A stretch of DNA of 59,052 bases from Ignavibacteria bacterium (GTDB lineage Bacteria; Bacteroidota; Ignavibacteria; Tepidaquicellales; OLB5): NCBI GenBank assembly GCA_014879675.1, contig JACSRQ010000138.1, positions 1 through 59,052 on the forward strand, given 5' to 3'. The notes under the pieces were generated by a model. That model was not told the origin of the DNA. It ran no database searches and saw only the letters and a list, made by a program, of their open reading frames with translations. This document shows, piece by piece, positions 38,774-49,426 of this stretch. Made by a program: the position numbers and the translations under genes. Numbering within the stretch: position 1 is the first letter of the stretch; each line of letters begins with the position of its first letter.

Positions 38774-40366
38774 ATGCAAAAACGCAAATATCTGATTCCG
38801 ATTTTCCTGATGTTAGTCTCGATTGGTGTGCTCGTGGGCATGAAAGTGAACACAGCAGCATCCGGCGATGATGTATTTGATAACGTCAAGAAATTCAACG
38901 AAGCTCTCACTTTGGTTCAGAAAAATTACGTGGATGATGTCAGCACGGATAAACTGACCGAAGCAGCCATCAAAGGCATGCTTGCGCAGCTTGACCCGCA
39001 CTCAACATACATTACACAGGACCAGTTAAAACGGATAAACGAAGATTTCCAGGGAAGCTTTGATGGTATCGGCGTTGAGTTTGATATTGTTAATGATACC
39101 ATTACAATTATTACCCCAATTTCAGGCGGACCTTCAGAGGCGCTTGGAATACTTGCAGGTGATAAGATAGTAAAGATCGACGGTGTAAATGCCATTGGCA
39201 TGACGCGCGAAGATGTACCGAAAAAACTGCGCGGTCCAAAAGGTACCAAAGTTGTTGTATCGATCTCACGCGGCGGTAGTCCGAACCTGATAGATTTTGA
39301 AATTACGCGCGATAAAATTCCTCTTTACAGCGTTGACGCTTCGTTTATGATAAATGATGAAGTCGGCTACGCGAGGGTTACCAGATTTTCCGCAACTACA
39401 TACGATGAGCTGAACAAATCGCTTGCCGAGATGAAGAAACAGGGGATGAAGAAGCTGGTACTTGACCTCAGGAATAACCCGGGCGGTTACCTTGACCAGG
39501 CTTTCAAAATTTCAAGCATGTTCATAGAGCGCGGTAAAAAGATAGTTTATACAAAGAGCAGGATACCCGCATACAATGATGAATATGTTTCCGAAGGCGG
39601 AGAATATACCAAGATGCCGCTTATAGTTCTTGTAAACGATGGCTCTGCAAGCGCAAGCGAGATCGTTTCAGGTGCAATACAGGATTGGGACAGGGGATTG
39701 ATTGTAGGCGAAAACACTTTCGGTAAAGGGCTTGTTCAGAGGCAGTACGACCTTTCAGACGGCTCTGCAATGAGAGTTACAACATCACGTTACTACACAC
39801 CTTCAGGCAGGCTGATACAGAAACCGTACGAAGGCGGAGAATACAAAAAAATGCTGCTTAACCAGGATGAAGGCGATAACCTTTATCACAACAATGATAC
39901 CAAGGATACTTCAAGGCCGGAATTCAAAACAATGGGTGGCAGAACAGTATTCGGCGGCGGCGGTGTAACACCTGATTTCATAGTTAAGCTTGATACTTTA
40001 ACCGATTATTCTGTACAACTCAGAAGGGTTAATCTCTTCCTTGAATATGCGAACGCATATTTCGATCAGAACAGGGAAAACATAAAATCCAGCTATTCCG
40101 ATTACATCAAATTCAGGGATAACTTCGAAATTACCCCCAATATGCTTGAGGATTTCAAAACACTTGCTGCTTCTAAGAACATAACGTTCAACGATGAGCA
40201 GTACAGCAGGGATCTTGATTTTATAAAGACGAGCATTAAGTCCATTCTCGCAAGAGACCTTTGGGGCAATAACGGAAGCATGGCTGTTTGGCTTGCTACC
40301 GATAGGCAGTTTGAAAAAGCTATGACGCTTTTCCCTGAAGCTGAAAAGCTGGCACAGCTTAGATAA
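38774..40366 (+). CDS. S41 carboxy-terminal processing protease (CtpA/Prc-like)
   Basis: 'LDPHS', PDZ 'GIG', 'DLRNNPGG', 'SASASEI', 'FGKGLVQ', 'YYTPSGR'. Confidence 0.93.
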   Translation: MQKRKYLIPIFLMLVSIGVLVGMKVNTAASGDDVFDNVKKFNEALTLVQKNYVDDVSTDKLTEAAIKGMLAQLDPHSTYITQDQLKRINEDFQGSFDGIGVEFDIVNDTITIITPISGGPSEALGILAGDKIVKIDGVNAIGMTREDVPKKLRGPKGTKVVVSISRGGSPNLIDFEITRDKIPLYSVDASFMINDEVGYARVTRFSATTYDELNKSLAEMKKQGMKKLVLDLRNNPGGYLDQAFKISSMFIERGKKIVYTKSRIPAYNDEYVSEGGEYTKMPLIVLVNDGSASASEIVSGAIQDWDRGLIVGENTFGKGLVQRQYDLSDGSAMRVTTSRYYTPSGRLIQKPYEGGEYKKMLLNQDEGDNLYHNNDTKDTSRPEFKTMGGRTVFGGGGVTPDFIVKLDTLTDYSVQLRRVNLFLEYANAYFDQNRENIKSSYSDYIKFRDNFEITPNMLEDFKTLAASKNITFNDEQYSRDLDFIKTSIKSILARDLWGNNGSMAVWLATDRQFEKAMTLFPEAEKLAQLR

Positions 40367-40436
40367 AAGTTTCTGCAGCAATTTTTTACAGGGAGCAATT
40401 TTTGCTTCCTGTAATTTGATTCTTACTAAACTCGGG

Positions 40437-41225
40437 ATGTATTTAAAACCCATTTTAACGATTTTCACTTTAGTCTTGCTGTTATCAATTAACAGCAGGA
40501 CTTTTTCACAATCAGAAGTACTTTATGACGGTGAAGAACTGTATTATGAAGTTGATTATTCATTCTTAAACATAGGCTGGGCAAAATTCAATACCGATAA
40601 AGTACCCGGGAAAGAGAATTTTTTCATCACAAAGGCAAAACTGAAATCAAACACCTCACTTCCTATTGTTGATGTTGATTATGATTTCATCAGTGAAATT
40701 GAGCTGAAGAACGGAAAGATGATTCCGCACAAATTCACCGCCTACCAGTATAAGGATGGAAAGAAAAGTACGCTGATAACAATATTCAACCATGATTCAG
40801 CATTTATAAGCTTGTATATAACCGGCTATGACGGTAATGTTGAAGTTGATACTAAAATTCCGACTTCAACTGTATTCCAGGACGGGCTTTCAATTTTTTA
40901 CTATGCCAGGTATAACACTCCTAAAACGCGGACCGAATACGTGCCGGTAATAATGCACACTGATACTTCCATCATGAAGATTGATTTCAACAATGCTAAA
41001 ACGGATGTTGAAATAAGCGAAATAGATTATGACATAGCCTCAGTTTACCTTGAGGGCTTTTCATATTTCAAGGCTGTTTTTGGATTAACCGGTGATTTCT
41101 CCGGCTGGTTCTCGGATGATGAAGCACGCATCCCGCTCAAAGCAAAGCTGCAGGTCGAAATCGGCAGCATAACGCTTGAGCTTAAATCATGGAAACACGG
41201 CTCTTGGCAGCCACCGAGGTATTAA
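40437..41225 (+). CDS. DUF3108-like exported protein
   Basis: Signal peptide; 'GEEL.Y...Y..L.IG', 'DGLSIFYYAR', 'WFSDD.ARIP'. Confidence 0.7.
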   Translation: MYLKPILTIFTLVLLLSINSRTFSQSEVLYDGEELYYEVDYSFLNIGWAKFNTDKVPGKENFFITKAKLKSNTSLPIVDVDYDFISEIELKNGKMIPHKFTAYQYKDGKKSTLITIFNHDSAFISLYITGYDGNVEVDTKIPTSTVFQDGLSIFYYARYNTPKTRTEYVPVIMHTDTSIMKIDFNNAKTDVEISEIDYDIASVYLEGFSYFKAVFGLTGDFSGWFSDDEARIPLKAKLQVEIGSITLELKSWKHGSWQPPRY

Positions 41226-41340
41226 TCCTGAGCGAAGCGAAGGATCCATTGTTTATTATTCTTTTTTATTTCCCTCTTTCCCAAACTCCAGTTTGGGAAA
41301 GGAATAAACTGTTTGTCACCCTGAACTTGTTTCAGGGTCT
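41225..41340. repeat. Cluster of three different REP-like elements
   Basis: ATCCTGAGCGAAGCGAAGGATC (cf. 50264, inverted 50415); CTTTCCCAAAC..GTTTGGGAAAG (cf. 14864); GTCACCCTGAACTTGTTTCAGGGTCT (identical at 56595-56620). Confidence 0.8.
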
Positions 41341-41413
41341 GTTTAAGGGAAAAGTGTAAGGTTAGGCATATTGTTATTTCCTAATTTTTAATTCGTAATT
41401 CTTAATTTGTTTT

Positions 41414-41965
41414 ATGATACTTCCATATCAAAATAAACTTCCTAAGATAGACCCATCCGTGTTAATTGCCGAAGGCGCACATGTGATAGGTGATGTTGAG
41501 ATCGGCAAAAACTCCAGCATATGGTTTAACACGGTAATTCGCGGCGATGTAAATTATATCAGGATAGGGGAGCGGACCAATATTCAGGATCTAACTATGG
41601 TTCACGTTACCTATAAGAAATTCCCCACATTCATTGGTAATGATATATCGATCGGACACAGCGCAGTGATCCACGGCTGCAAGATCGATGATTTTGCATT
41701 AATCGGTATAGGCGCAAAATTGCTTGATAACTGCCATATCAATTCATACTCGCTTGTTGCGGCAGGCTCGGTAGTGAAAGAAGGATTTGAAGTCCCGGGC
41801 GGCACGCTTGTTGCCGGTGTACCGGCTAAGGTTATGCGTGATCTGAAGCCTGAAGAGATAGAAAAGATCAAACAAAACGCGAAAAATTACCTGTTTTACT
41901 GCGAACAGTATAAAGAGTTCAATAAAGGGCTCGGTTTTCAAGATTTTTTGACACTTGACAAATAG
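41414..41965 (+). CDS. Gamma carbonic anhydrase family protein
   Basis: Hexapeptide repeats; 'RGDVN', 'NIQD...H', 'GH...HGC', 'AGVPAK'. Confidence 0.92.
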   Translation: MILPYQNKLPKIDPSVLIAEGAHVIGDVEIGKNSSIWFNTVIRGDVNYIRIGERTNIQDLTMVHVTYKKFPTFIGNDISIGHSAVIHGCKIDDFALIGIGAKLLDNCHINSYSLVAAGSVVKEGFEVPGGTLVAGVPAKVMRDLKPEEIEKIKQNAKNYLFYCEQYKEFNKGLGFQDFLTLDK

Positions 41966-42061
41966 GAAATTTCTGTATATTTTTAAGTGTTGTAAAATAA
42001 GAAGTTTTGCAGGTATGTTAATGTTATTCTTTAATTTTACTTAACTTAGGTCATAGTTTAG

Positions 42062-42514
42062 TTGCCAAAGGCGAAGAGCAAAGTCGATTTTTCAACAAAA
42101 AATAACATATTGATCAATAATCTCCACCCCGGATACAGGCTGCCGTTAACTCATGGAAATGTTAAGGAGTTGGTATCTAAAGTAATGGATGGGGAGGATT
42201 GCCGAATCGGAGAAATTGTGTTAAATTTCGTAAGTGATAAGGCGATAAGACGCATTAACAAGCAATACCTAGAACACGATTTTTTTACTGATATCATTAC
42301 TTTTCCTTACAGTGATAAAAGAAAAAATATTGAAGGAGAGATTTTCATTTCTTTGGATACCGTTAAGAAAAACGGCAAATTTTACCGTTCGGGATACAAA
42401 GGGGAACTCAGAAGGGTTATAATACATGGGGCCCTGCATCTTGCAGGTTACCTTGATGCCACAAAAAGGCAAAAGGAACTTATTAGGAGCAAAGAAAATT
42501 TCTATTTAGGCTGA
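42062..42514 (+). CDS. ybeY: rRNA maturation endoribonuclease YbeY
   Basis: 'IN.QYL.HD..TDIITF', 'GEIFIS', 'IIHGALHLAGY.D'. Confidence 0.9.
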   Translation: MPKAKSKVDFSTKNNILINNLHPGYRLPLTHGNVKELVSKVMDGEDCRIGEIVLNFVSDKAIRRINKQYLEHDFFTDIITFPYSDKRKNIEGEIFISLDTVKKNGKFYRSGYKGELRRVIIHGALHLAGYLDATKRQKELIRSKENFYLG

Positions 42515-42565
42515 TTAAAAAAGAATAAAACGGCCCGGTTTTGGAGGGGCCTTCTGAAAATAACG

Positions 42566-43024
42566 ATGTTATACGAGAAAATAATTGAAATTATAGTTTA
42601 CCTGCTAAGCGAGATGAAAAATAACAAGCAGCTCGCTGATGTTGATATGGATAAGCTTGAAAATCTTGGTTATACTCAAAATGAAATTAATACTGCATTC
42701 AGTTGGGTATATACTAAAATATACGCCGGCGAGAAGATATTCATAGATAAGAACAGCGACACACGGTCACAGCGATTTCTTCATGACGTGGAGCAGAATG
42801 TAATTACGGCCGAAGCTTATGGATACCTGGTGCAGCTAAAGGAACTTGGACTCATCAACAATATGGATATTGACCTTATTATAGATAAGATAATGGTATC
42901 AAGCTATAACAGCGTATCACAGGAAGACATGAAAGCTATCATTGCTTCATACCTGCTTGATCTCGACGAAATGAATGATACCAACAGCAGGATGATGATA
43001 AATATTAATGATACAATTCACTAG
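42566..43024 (+). CDS. smg: DUF494/Smg family protein
   Basis: 'L...GY...EI..AF.W', 'R.LH..E', C-terminal 'IH'; lies upstream of topA. Confidence 0.8.
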   Translation: MLYEKIIEIIVYLLSEMKNNKQLADVDMDKLENLGYTQNEINTAFSWVYTKIYAGEKIFIDKNSDTRSQRFLHDVEQNVITAEAYGYLVQLKELGLINNMDIDLIIDKIMVSSYNSVSQEDMKAIIASYLLDLDEMNDTNSRMMININDTIH

Positions 43025-43095
43025 CAAATAACAAATAGCAAATAACAAAGAGCAACTTTCACAAAGCGAAAGTCAGGAATAGCAAAGAGCAAAAG
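43024..43095 (+). repeat. Degenerate heptamer tandem repeat (~GCAAATA)
   Basis: gcaaata acaaata gcaaata acaaaga gcaa... gcaaaga gcaaaag. Confidence 0.65.
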
Positions 43096-43183
43096 ATAGT
43101 TTATAATTAAAAGATAAGTAAGCAGCAGTAAACATTTTAAAATTAAAGTAAATGTGAACGGTTCAGGCCGTATAAAAAGATAG

Positions 43184-45499
43184 ATGGCAAAATCACTTGT
43201 AATAGTAGAATCACCTTCGAAAGCGAAAACGATAAATAAATACCTCGGCAAGAACTACAAGGTTATTGCATCGGTAGGGCATATCAAAAACCTGCCGAAA
43301 AGCAAGATCAGCGTGGATTTTGAAAATGGCTATGAACTGACATACGAAACTATTCCCGGTAAGGAAAAAGTGATCGATGAAATGAAATCTCTATCGGCCG
43401 ATTCTGATAAAATATACATCGCAACAGATCCGGACCGTGAAGGCGAAGCTATCGCATACGATATTGCTGAAGAAGTTAAAGGAAATAACAGTAATATTTA
43501 CCGTGTTCTTTTTAACGAGATCACCAAAAAGGGTGTTGAAGAGGGGATTAACAATCCGTTGCAGATAGATGAAAAGCTTGTTAGCTCACAGCAGGCAAGG
43601 CGCGCTCTTGATAGGATCGTAGGATATAAGGTAAGTCCGTTTTTATGGAAGGTTGTTTATTACGGACTTTCAGCCGGAAGGGTACAATCAGTTGCCTTAA
43701 GGCTCATCTGCGAACGAGAAGATGAGATCAAGAATTTTATTCCAAGAGAATACTGGAGCATTCTCGCTAACTTCAAAGATAGAGATAAGAACAAGGTATT
43801 TGAATCAAAGCTCATTTCACAAAATGATATATCGTTCAAGTTCAACGGCGATGACCCGAGAATAGAAAATGAAAAAGATGCGGCCGAAATGCTTGATGAT
43901 ATCAACAGCAAGCTGTTCAAAGTCTCGGATATCATCAAAAAAGAAGTTAAGCGTAATCCATACCCGCCGTTCACAACTTCATCACTTCAGCAGGACGCAT
44001 CGGTAAGGCTGCGCTTCGCGCCTAAAAAAACCATGATGCTTGCCCAGAAGCTGTATGAAGGTATCGATATCGGCGAAGAGGGTTTAACGGGACTTATTAC
44101 ATATATGAGAACCGACTCAACCCGTCTTAGCGAAGATGCAGTTTCTGAAGCCCGCGGATACATCAGCGAAACTTTCGGTAAGGAATATCTTCCGAAGGAA
44201 GCAAAAGTTTACAGCAAGAAAAAAGAAAATACACAGGATGCGCATGAAGCTATCAGGCCCACATCAGTTTGGCGCACGCCTGAGAGCCTGAAAAAGGACC
44301 TGACTCCTGATCTCTTTAGGCTTTATGATCTTATTTGGAAGAGATTTGTTGCCTGCCAGATGCAGAATTCGGTTTCTGACCAGATAACACTGCTTATAGA
44401 TTCATTCACTGAATCAGAGAACGGAAAAAAGCATAATCTTTACCAGTTCCGTACTACCGATTCAACCATAAAGTTCAAAGGTTTCCTTGCTTTATATGAC
44501 GATGTATTTGAAGAAGAAGAAGAAGATACCGAAGATAAGTTTTCGATACCGGAAGAAATTGAAGTAGGCGATCTGCTTGACCTGAAGGACCTTTTCAAAA
44601 AGCAGCATTTTACGAATCCGCCGCCGCGCTACACGGAAAGCAGTCTCATCAAACAGCTTGATTTCCTCGGCATCGGTAGGCCTTCTACTTACGCTATGAT
44701 AGTATCAACCATCATAAACCGTACCTACTGCGATCTGAAGGAAAGAAAACTTTACGCCACAGAGCTTGGCCAGACAGTTAACAGGCTTCTTGCGGCACAT
44801 TTTTCGGATGTTATAAATGCGAAGTTTACTGCGCAGATGGAATCAGAGCTTGATAAGATCGCCGAAGGCGACTTAACATATCAGAAGGTATTGAACGATT
44901 TTTACCTTCCGTTTAATCTTGATCTGGAATTCCTTAACAAAAAAACCAAAGAAATTAAAGAATCATTAATAGAGCATACTGATATAGTGTGCGATAAATG
45001 CGGCGGGGCTATGCTGATTAAATGGGGACGCAACGGGCGTTTCCTATCATGCAGCAAGTACCCCAAGTGCAAAAACGCGCAGCCGCTGCCGGGCGAACAG
45101 GAAGAACACCAGGAGCTTGCAGAAGGCAAAATATGCCAGCTTTGTAATGCCCCGATGGTGGTTAAATCCAGCAAATACGGAAAATTCCTCGGCTGCTCAA
45201 ATTATCCTGATTGCAGAAATATTCAACCCATAACATTAGGCATCAAATGTCCAAAATGCGGTGAGGGGGAAGTGCTTGAACGCAAGGCTCTCAAATCAAA
45301 AAAGTCATTTTACGGATGTACCAGGTATCCGGATTGTGATTTTATTTCAAATAGCAAACCAAGAATGACAAAATGCGAAATGTGCTCAAACAGCTATATG
45401 CTTGAAAAATACAGCAAGAAAAAAGGTCCATACCTTGAGTGCCCAGAGTGCAAACACAAAGTTGAAATAGAATCCAACGAATCAGTTGAATCTGCCTAA
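43184..45499 (+). CDS. topA: DNA topoisomerase I with C-terminal zinc ribbons
   Basis: 'LVIVESPSK', 'ATDPDREGE', 'SAGRVQS', 'ITYMRTDS', 'QDAHEAIRPT', CxxC repeats. Confidence 0.97.
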   Translation: MAKSLVIVESPSKAKTINKYLGKNYKVIASVGHIKNLPKSKISVDFENGYELTYETIPGKEKVIDEMKSLSADSDKIYIATDPDREGEAIAYDIAEEVKGNNSNIYRVLFNEITKKGVEEGINNPLQIDEKLVSSQQARRALDRIVGYKVSPFLWKVVYYGLSAGRVQSVALRLICEREDEIKNFIPREYWSILANFKDRDKNKVFESKLISQNDISFKFNGDDPRIENEKDAAEMLDDINSKLFKVSDIIKKEVKRNPYPPFTTSSLQQDASVRLRFAPKKTMMLAQKLYEGIDIGEEGLTGLITYMRTDSTRLSEDAVSEARGYISETFGKEYLPKEAKVYSKKKENTQDAHEAIRPTSVWRTPESLKKDLTPDLFRLYDLIWKRFVACQMQNSVSDQITLLIDSFTESENGKKHNLYQFRTTDSTIKFKGFLALYDDVFEEEEEDTEDKFSIPEEIEVGDLLDLKDLFKKQHFTNPPPRYTESSLIKQLDFLGIGRPSTYAMIVSTIINRTYCDLKERKLYATELGQTVNRLLAAHFSDVINAKFTAQMESELDKIAEGDLTYQKVLNDFYLPFNLDLEFLNKKTKEIKESLIEHTDIVCDKCGGAMLIKWGRNGRFLSCSKYPKCKNAQPLPGEQEEHQELAEGKICQLCNAPMVVKSSKYGKFLGCSNYPDCRNIQPITLGIKCPKCGEGEVLERKALKSKKSFYGCTRYPDCDFISNSKPRMTKCEMCSNSYMLEKYSKKKGPYLECPECKHKVEIESNESVESA

Positions 45500-45512
45500 A
45501 AAAAATAATTAG

Positions 45513-47108
45513 ATGAGAAGAAGAAATTTTATTAAATGCTGCTCCATGGCTCTGCCGGGAGCAGTTTTTGCTAATTCTATAGGGAGTACGGTATTGGGAG
45601 AAACAGGTACAATAAAAGTGCCAAGGCACAGAATGTATGACGATGATTTCATCAAACGCGCCGCAGATATGGCTGTTCAAACAGCCGCAGGAGAAGGCGC
45701 ATCATACAGCGATTTCAGGCTGAGCAATTTCCGCTCGCAGAATATATCAACAAGAGAGCAGATAATACAGGGTATTTGGGAGAATGAGAATTTTGGTTTT
45801 GCGGTCCGCGTAATAATAGATGGTGCCTGGGGATTCGCTGCAAGCAGCACTTTCAGTGAACAGGAAGTAATAAGAATAACAAAAATTGCATGCAGTATTG
45901 CCCGAGCAAATAAAAGCGTTCAGCTAAATAGGGTTGAGCTTGTTCCAACACCTGTTTACAATGAAACTTGGAATACACCGATCAGGAAAAATGCTTTTGA
46001 AGTTTCGATAGATGACAAAGTAAGCAAGCTTTTCGGCATTAACGAAAAGGCTAAATCACTTGGCGCGGATTTCTGCGAATCATTCATCTGGGCTGTCAAC
46101 GAATGGAAATACTTCGCTTCATCGGAAGGCTCATATATTAAACAGGACCTTCACAGGTTATGGAGCGCGTTTGATGTTACAGTTGTGGATAAAGAATCCG
46201 GTAACTTTGAAACCCGTGATTCATTTACCTCACCGATCGGCAAAGGTTACGAGTACGTTGAAGAGTATGATTACATGAAGGATCTCGAAGAGGCTGTTGA
46301 GCATACTAAAATGAAGCTCAAAGCGCCTTCGGTAGAACCGGCTAAGAGGGATCTGATTCTTGACTCCAACCACTTATGGCTTACAATACATGAATCATGC
46401 GGACACCCCACGGAGCTTGACCGCGCGCTTGGTTATGAGGCAAATTATGCCGGCACAAGCTTTATGACTCCCGATAAGCTTGGGAAGCTGCAGTACGGAA
46501 GCAGCCTTATAAATATGAAGGGCGACCGTACACAAACTGATGGACTTGCAACGCGCGGCTTTGATGATGACGGCGTAAAAACTACCGATTGGGATATAAT
46601 TAAAAACGGAAAATTTGTCGGCTACCAAACTACCCGCGAAATGGCAAAGTTCATCGGCGAAAGCGCTTCTAACGGATGCGCATATGCCGATAGCTGGGAC
46701 CATTTCCCGATACAGAGAATGCCGAATGTTTCACTGATGCCGGGCGAGAAAAAACTATCGCTTAACGATCTGATTGCAGATACCGAAGACGGAATTTATA
46801 TCAAAGGAAGCGGAAGCTGGTCAATTGATATGCAGAGATATAACTTCCAGTTCACCGGTCAGGAGTTCTGGGAGATCAAAAATGGCAAGATCACAGGGAT
46901 GCTGAGAGATGTTGCATACCAGGGTAATACTGTTGACCTTTGGAATTCATGTGACGCAATTTGCGATAAGAGCGAGTATAAGTTGGGCGGCTCCTTTTTC
47001 TGCGGAAAGGGCGAGCCCGGACAGGTTTCACCTGTAAGCCACGGCTCATCGCCGGCAAGATTCAAAAAGGTGAATATACTTAACACGTCTAAGGAGGCAG
47101 GCAAATGA
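45513..47108 (+). CDS. tldD: TldD/PmbA family metalloprotease, TldD subunit, with a Tat-like N-terminus
   Basis: 'IHESCGHPTELD' HExxxH, 'FDDDG', 'QRMPN', 'CGKGEPGQ'; N-terminus 'MRRRNFIK'. Confidence 0.88.
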   Translation: MRRRNFIKCCSMALPGAVFANSIGSTVLGETGTIKVPRHRMYDDDFIKRAADMAVQTAAGEGASYSDFRLSNFRSQNISTREQIIQGIWENENFGFAVRVIIDGAWGFAASSTFSEQEVIRITKIACSIARANKSVQLNRVELVPTPVYNETWNTPIRKNAFEVSIDDKVSKLFGINEKAKSLGADFCESFIWAVNEWKYFASSEGSYIKQDLHRLWSAFDVTVVDKESGNFETRDSFTSPIGKGYEYVEEYDYMKDLEEAVEHTKMKLKAPSVEPAKRDLILDSNHLWLTIHESCGHPTELDRALGYEANYAGTSFMTPDKLGKLQYGSSLINMKGDRTQTDGLATRGFDDDGVKTTDWDIIKNGKFVGYQTTREMAKFIGESASNGCAYADSWDHFPIQRMPNVSLMPGEKKLSLNDLIADTEDGIYIKGSGSWSIDMQRYNFQFTGQEFWEIKNGKITGMLRDVAYQGNTVDLWNSCDAICDKSEYKLGGSFFCGKGEPGQVSPVSHGSSPARFKKVNILNTSKEAGK

Positions 47109-48439
47109 AACTGAGTGAACAGGAAGCAAAAAATCTGCTTGAAAAAATATTGCGGTATTCAACCGCTGACTCGGCAGTTATAAGGCTGAGCGGAAGTGAT
47201 ACATATAACCTCAGGTTTGCCAGGAATTCTATTTCCACAAATGGCTACTCCGATGAGCTTACAGTAAACATATCGAGCAGCTTTGGCAAGAAGTCGGGGA
47301 GTGTTTCAACAAATAAGTTTGATGAAGTTTCGCTTAAAGAAGCGGTAAGAAAATCCGAAGAGATAGCACGTTTCTCGCCTGAGAATAAAGAATTTATGCC
47401 GCCTCTCCCCGCGCAGCAATATACGGCAGCGGCAAACTATTATCCTGAAACTGAGAATCTTTCAACCGGCGCCAGATCTGAAATAGTTTCAAATGTAATA
47501 AACAGCTCAGTTACGAACAACGTTGTTTGCGCTGGATACATGGAAGACCTCACGAATTTTGAGGCTGTTATCAACTCAAACGGACTCTTCGCATTCAATA
47601 AGGGCACAAATTCAAAGCTTTCTTCAACCATACGAACAGCTGATGGTACAGGCTCCGGCCGGTTTGAAAAGAGTTATGTAAATATTGCTGATATTAAGTC
47701 AGCTAAGCTTACTGATTGGGTCATAAACCGTGCTAAGCTCTCTGTAGAGCCACCAGAACTGAAACCTGGGCGATACACTGTAATACTCGAGCATTCCGCA
47801 GCATCAGATATGCTTTCACTTTGCATTAATTATATGGGTTCACGCGGCGCTGATGAAGGCAGGAGTTATTTTTCGAAACAGGGCGGCGGCACACTTATAG
47901 GTGAGCAGCTTGCTGATAGCAGAGTTAATATTTACTCCGACCCTTCAGATATTAAAGCGCCATCAGTTCCGTTTTCAAGGGATGGTGAACCAAGAAATAA
48001 ACTAGTATGGTTCGAAAATGGTGTATTGAAGAATCTACACCGTGGCAGGTACTGGGCTGAAAAGACCGGGCAGCCGCTCACACCCAGGCCCTCGAATATC
48101 ATCATGGAAGGCGGCACGAAGTCTGTGGATGAGCTTATCGCTTCAACTGAATACGCAGTGCTGGTAACGCGGTTTTGGTATATCCGCTCGGTTGATCCGA
48201 AAACAATGCTTTTAACCGGCTTAACACGTGACGGTGTTTTTGAAGTAAAAGATGGAAAGATAACACGCCCGGTGAAGAATTTCAGGTTTAATGAAAGCCC
48301 GATGAACATACTTAAGAACATTAGCGAGCTTGGCGCGGCAGAAAAAGCCGTTGGCAGCGAAACAGATGATTTCCCGATTCATGTACCGGCTATGAAAGTG
48401 GAGAACTTTAACTTCTCCAGCTTATCAGATGCTATATAG
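47105..48439 (+). CDS. pmbA: TldD/PmbA family protein, PmbA/TldE-like subunit
   Basis: ATGA overlap with tldD; 'RFARN', 'PGRYTVILE', 'TGLTRDG', 'NFRFNESP'; no HExxxH. Confidence 0.82.
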   Translation: MKLSEQEAKNLLEKILRYSTADSAVIRLSGSDTYNLRFARNSISTNGYSDELTVNISSSFGKKSGSVSTNKFDEVSLKEAVRKSEEIARFSPENKEFMPPLPAQQYTAAANYYPETENLSTGARSEIVSNVINSSVTNNVVCAGYMEDLTNFEAVINSNGLFAFNKGTNSKLSSTIRTADGTGSGRFEKSYVNIADIKSAKLTDWVINRAKLSVEPPELKPGRYTVILEHSAASDMLSLCINYMGSRGADEGRSYFSKQGGGTLIGEQLADSRVNIYSDPSDIKAPSVPFSRDGEPRNKLVWFENGVLKNLHRGRYWAEKTGQPLTPRPSNIIMEGGTKSVDELIASTEYAVLVTRFWYIRSVDPKTMLLTGLTRDGVFEVKDGKITRPVKNFRFNESPMNILKNISELGAAEKAVGSETDDFPIHVPAMKVENFNFSSLSDAI

Positions 48440-48478
48440 GCAGGTTTTTTAACAGGACTTACAAACCGGAAATTCTAA

Positions 48479-49408
48479 ATGAACCTGATCTCGGCTATCG
48501 ATAAATTCTCAGCGTACCTTATAAACGAAAAGAATTATTCGAAAAATACGCTTATGAATTATATTAAGGACCTGAACGATCTTTACAGGTTCTTAGCCGG
48601 CACGCTTGAAGAGTCAAATCCAAAAATAGAGCTGAAGTACATTGATGAAGCCACACTGAAGGGCTTTATTGCAGCTTTTGTGCGTGATAAAGAGAGCAAT
48701 TACAGCAAGCGTACAATATCGCGCAAAATATCAACCCTTAAATCATTTTATAAGTTTTTGAACAGGAAGAAGTTATTCAGCGAGAATCCCTCGCGGAAGC
48801 TGGTTTTCCCAAAGCTTGGCAAGAATCTGCCCGTAGTGCTGGAAGAATCATCGCTGGCCGGTATGCTGGATTCACGCATATTCACAGGCGATGTATGGGG
48901 TGAGCGTGACAGGGCAATAATGGAGCTGCTCTACAGCTCCGGCATCAGGCTGAATGAACTGATAAACCTTTCAATTGATATGATCGATATAGATAACATG
49001 ACGATCAGGGTGAAGGGTAAAGGCAGGAAGGAGCGGATAATTCCAGTAGGAGCGGTATCTGTAGGCGCGATTTCATCATACCTGGAAAAGCGGGATGTTT
49101 ATTTTGCTGAAAAGGGGATTGAGTATAATAACGGAGTGGTATTTAATGCTAAGAACGGGAAGAAGTTATATCCGGCGTTGGTGAATCGCATAACGAACAA
49201 GTATATATCGGGAATATCGGAGCAGAAGAAGAAATCACCCCACGTATTGCGGCATTCATTCGCCACACATCTGCTGGATCACGGGGCAGATATCCGCGCG
49301 GTCAAAGACTTGCTGGGACACTCAAGCCTCAGCACAACCCAGGTTTATACGCATGTATCTGTTGAGAGATTGAAGAAAGTATACCAGAAATCGCACCCGA
49401 AGGGGTAG
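48479..49408 (+). CDS. xerC: Tyrosine recombinase XerC
   Basis: 'ELLYSSGIR', 'GKGRKER', 'PHVLRHSFATHLL', 'LLGHSSLSTTQVYTHV'; housekeeping context near topA. Confidence 0.85.
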   Translation: MNLISAIDKFSAYLINEKNYSKNTLMNYIKDLNDLYRFLAGTLEESNPKIELKYIDEATLKGFIAAFVRDKESNYSKRTISRKISTLKSFYKFLNRKKLFSENPSRKLVFPKLGKNLPVVLEESSLAGMLDSRIFTGDVWGERDRAIMELLYSSGIRLNELINLSIDMIDIDNMTIRVKGKGRKERIIPVGAVSVGAISSYLEKRDVYFAEKGIEYNNGVVFNAKNGKKLYPALVNRITNKYISGISEQKKKSPHVLRHSFATHLLDHGADIRAVKDLLGHSSLSTTQVYTHVSVERLKKVYQKSHPKG

Positions 49409-49426
49409 GCAATAAAATGTGATAGA

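Noticed and set aside
48479-49408. Phage or ICE integrase marking a mobile element
   Set aside because: Length, motifs and the topA-linked context fit chromosomal XerC; no att repeats or cargo were seen.
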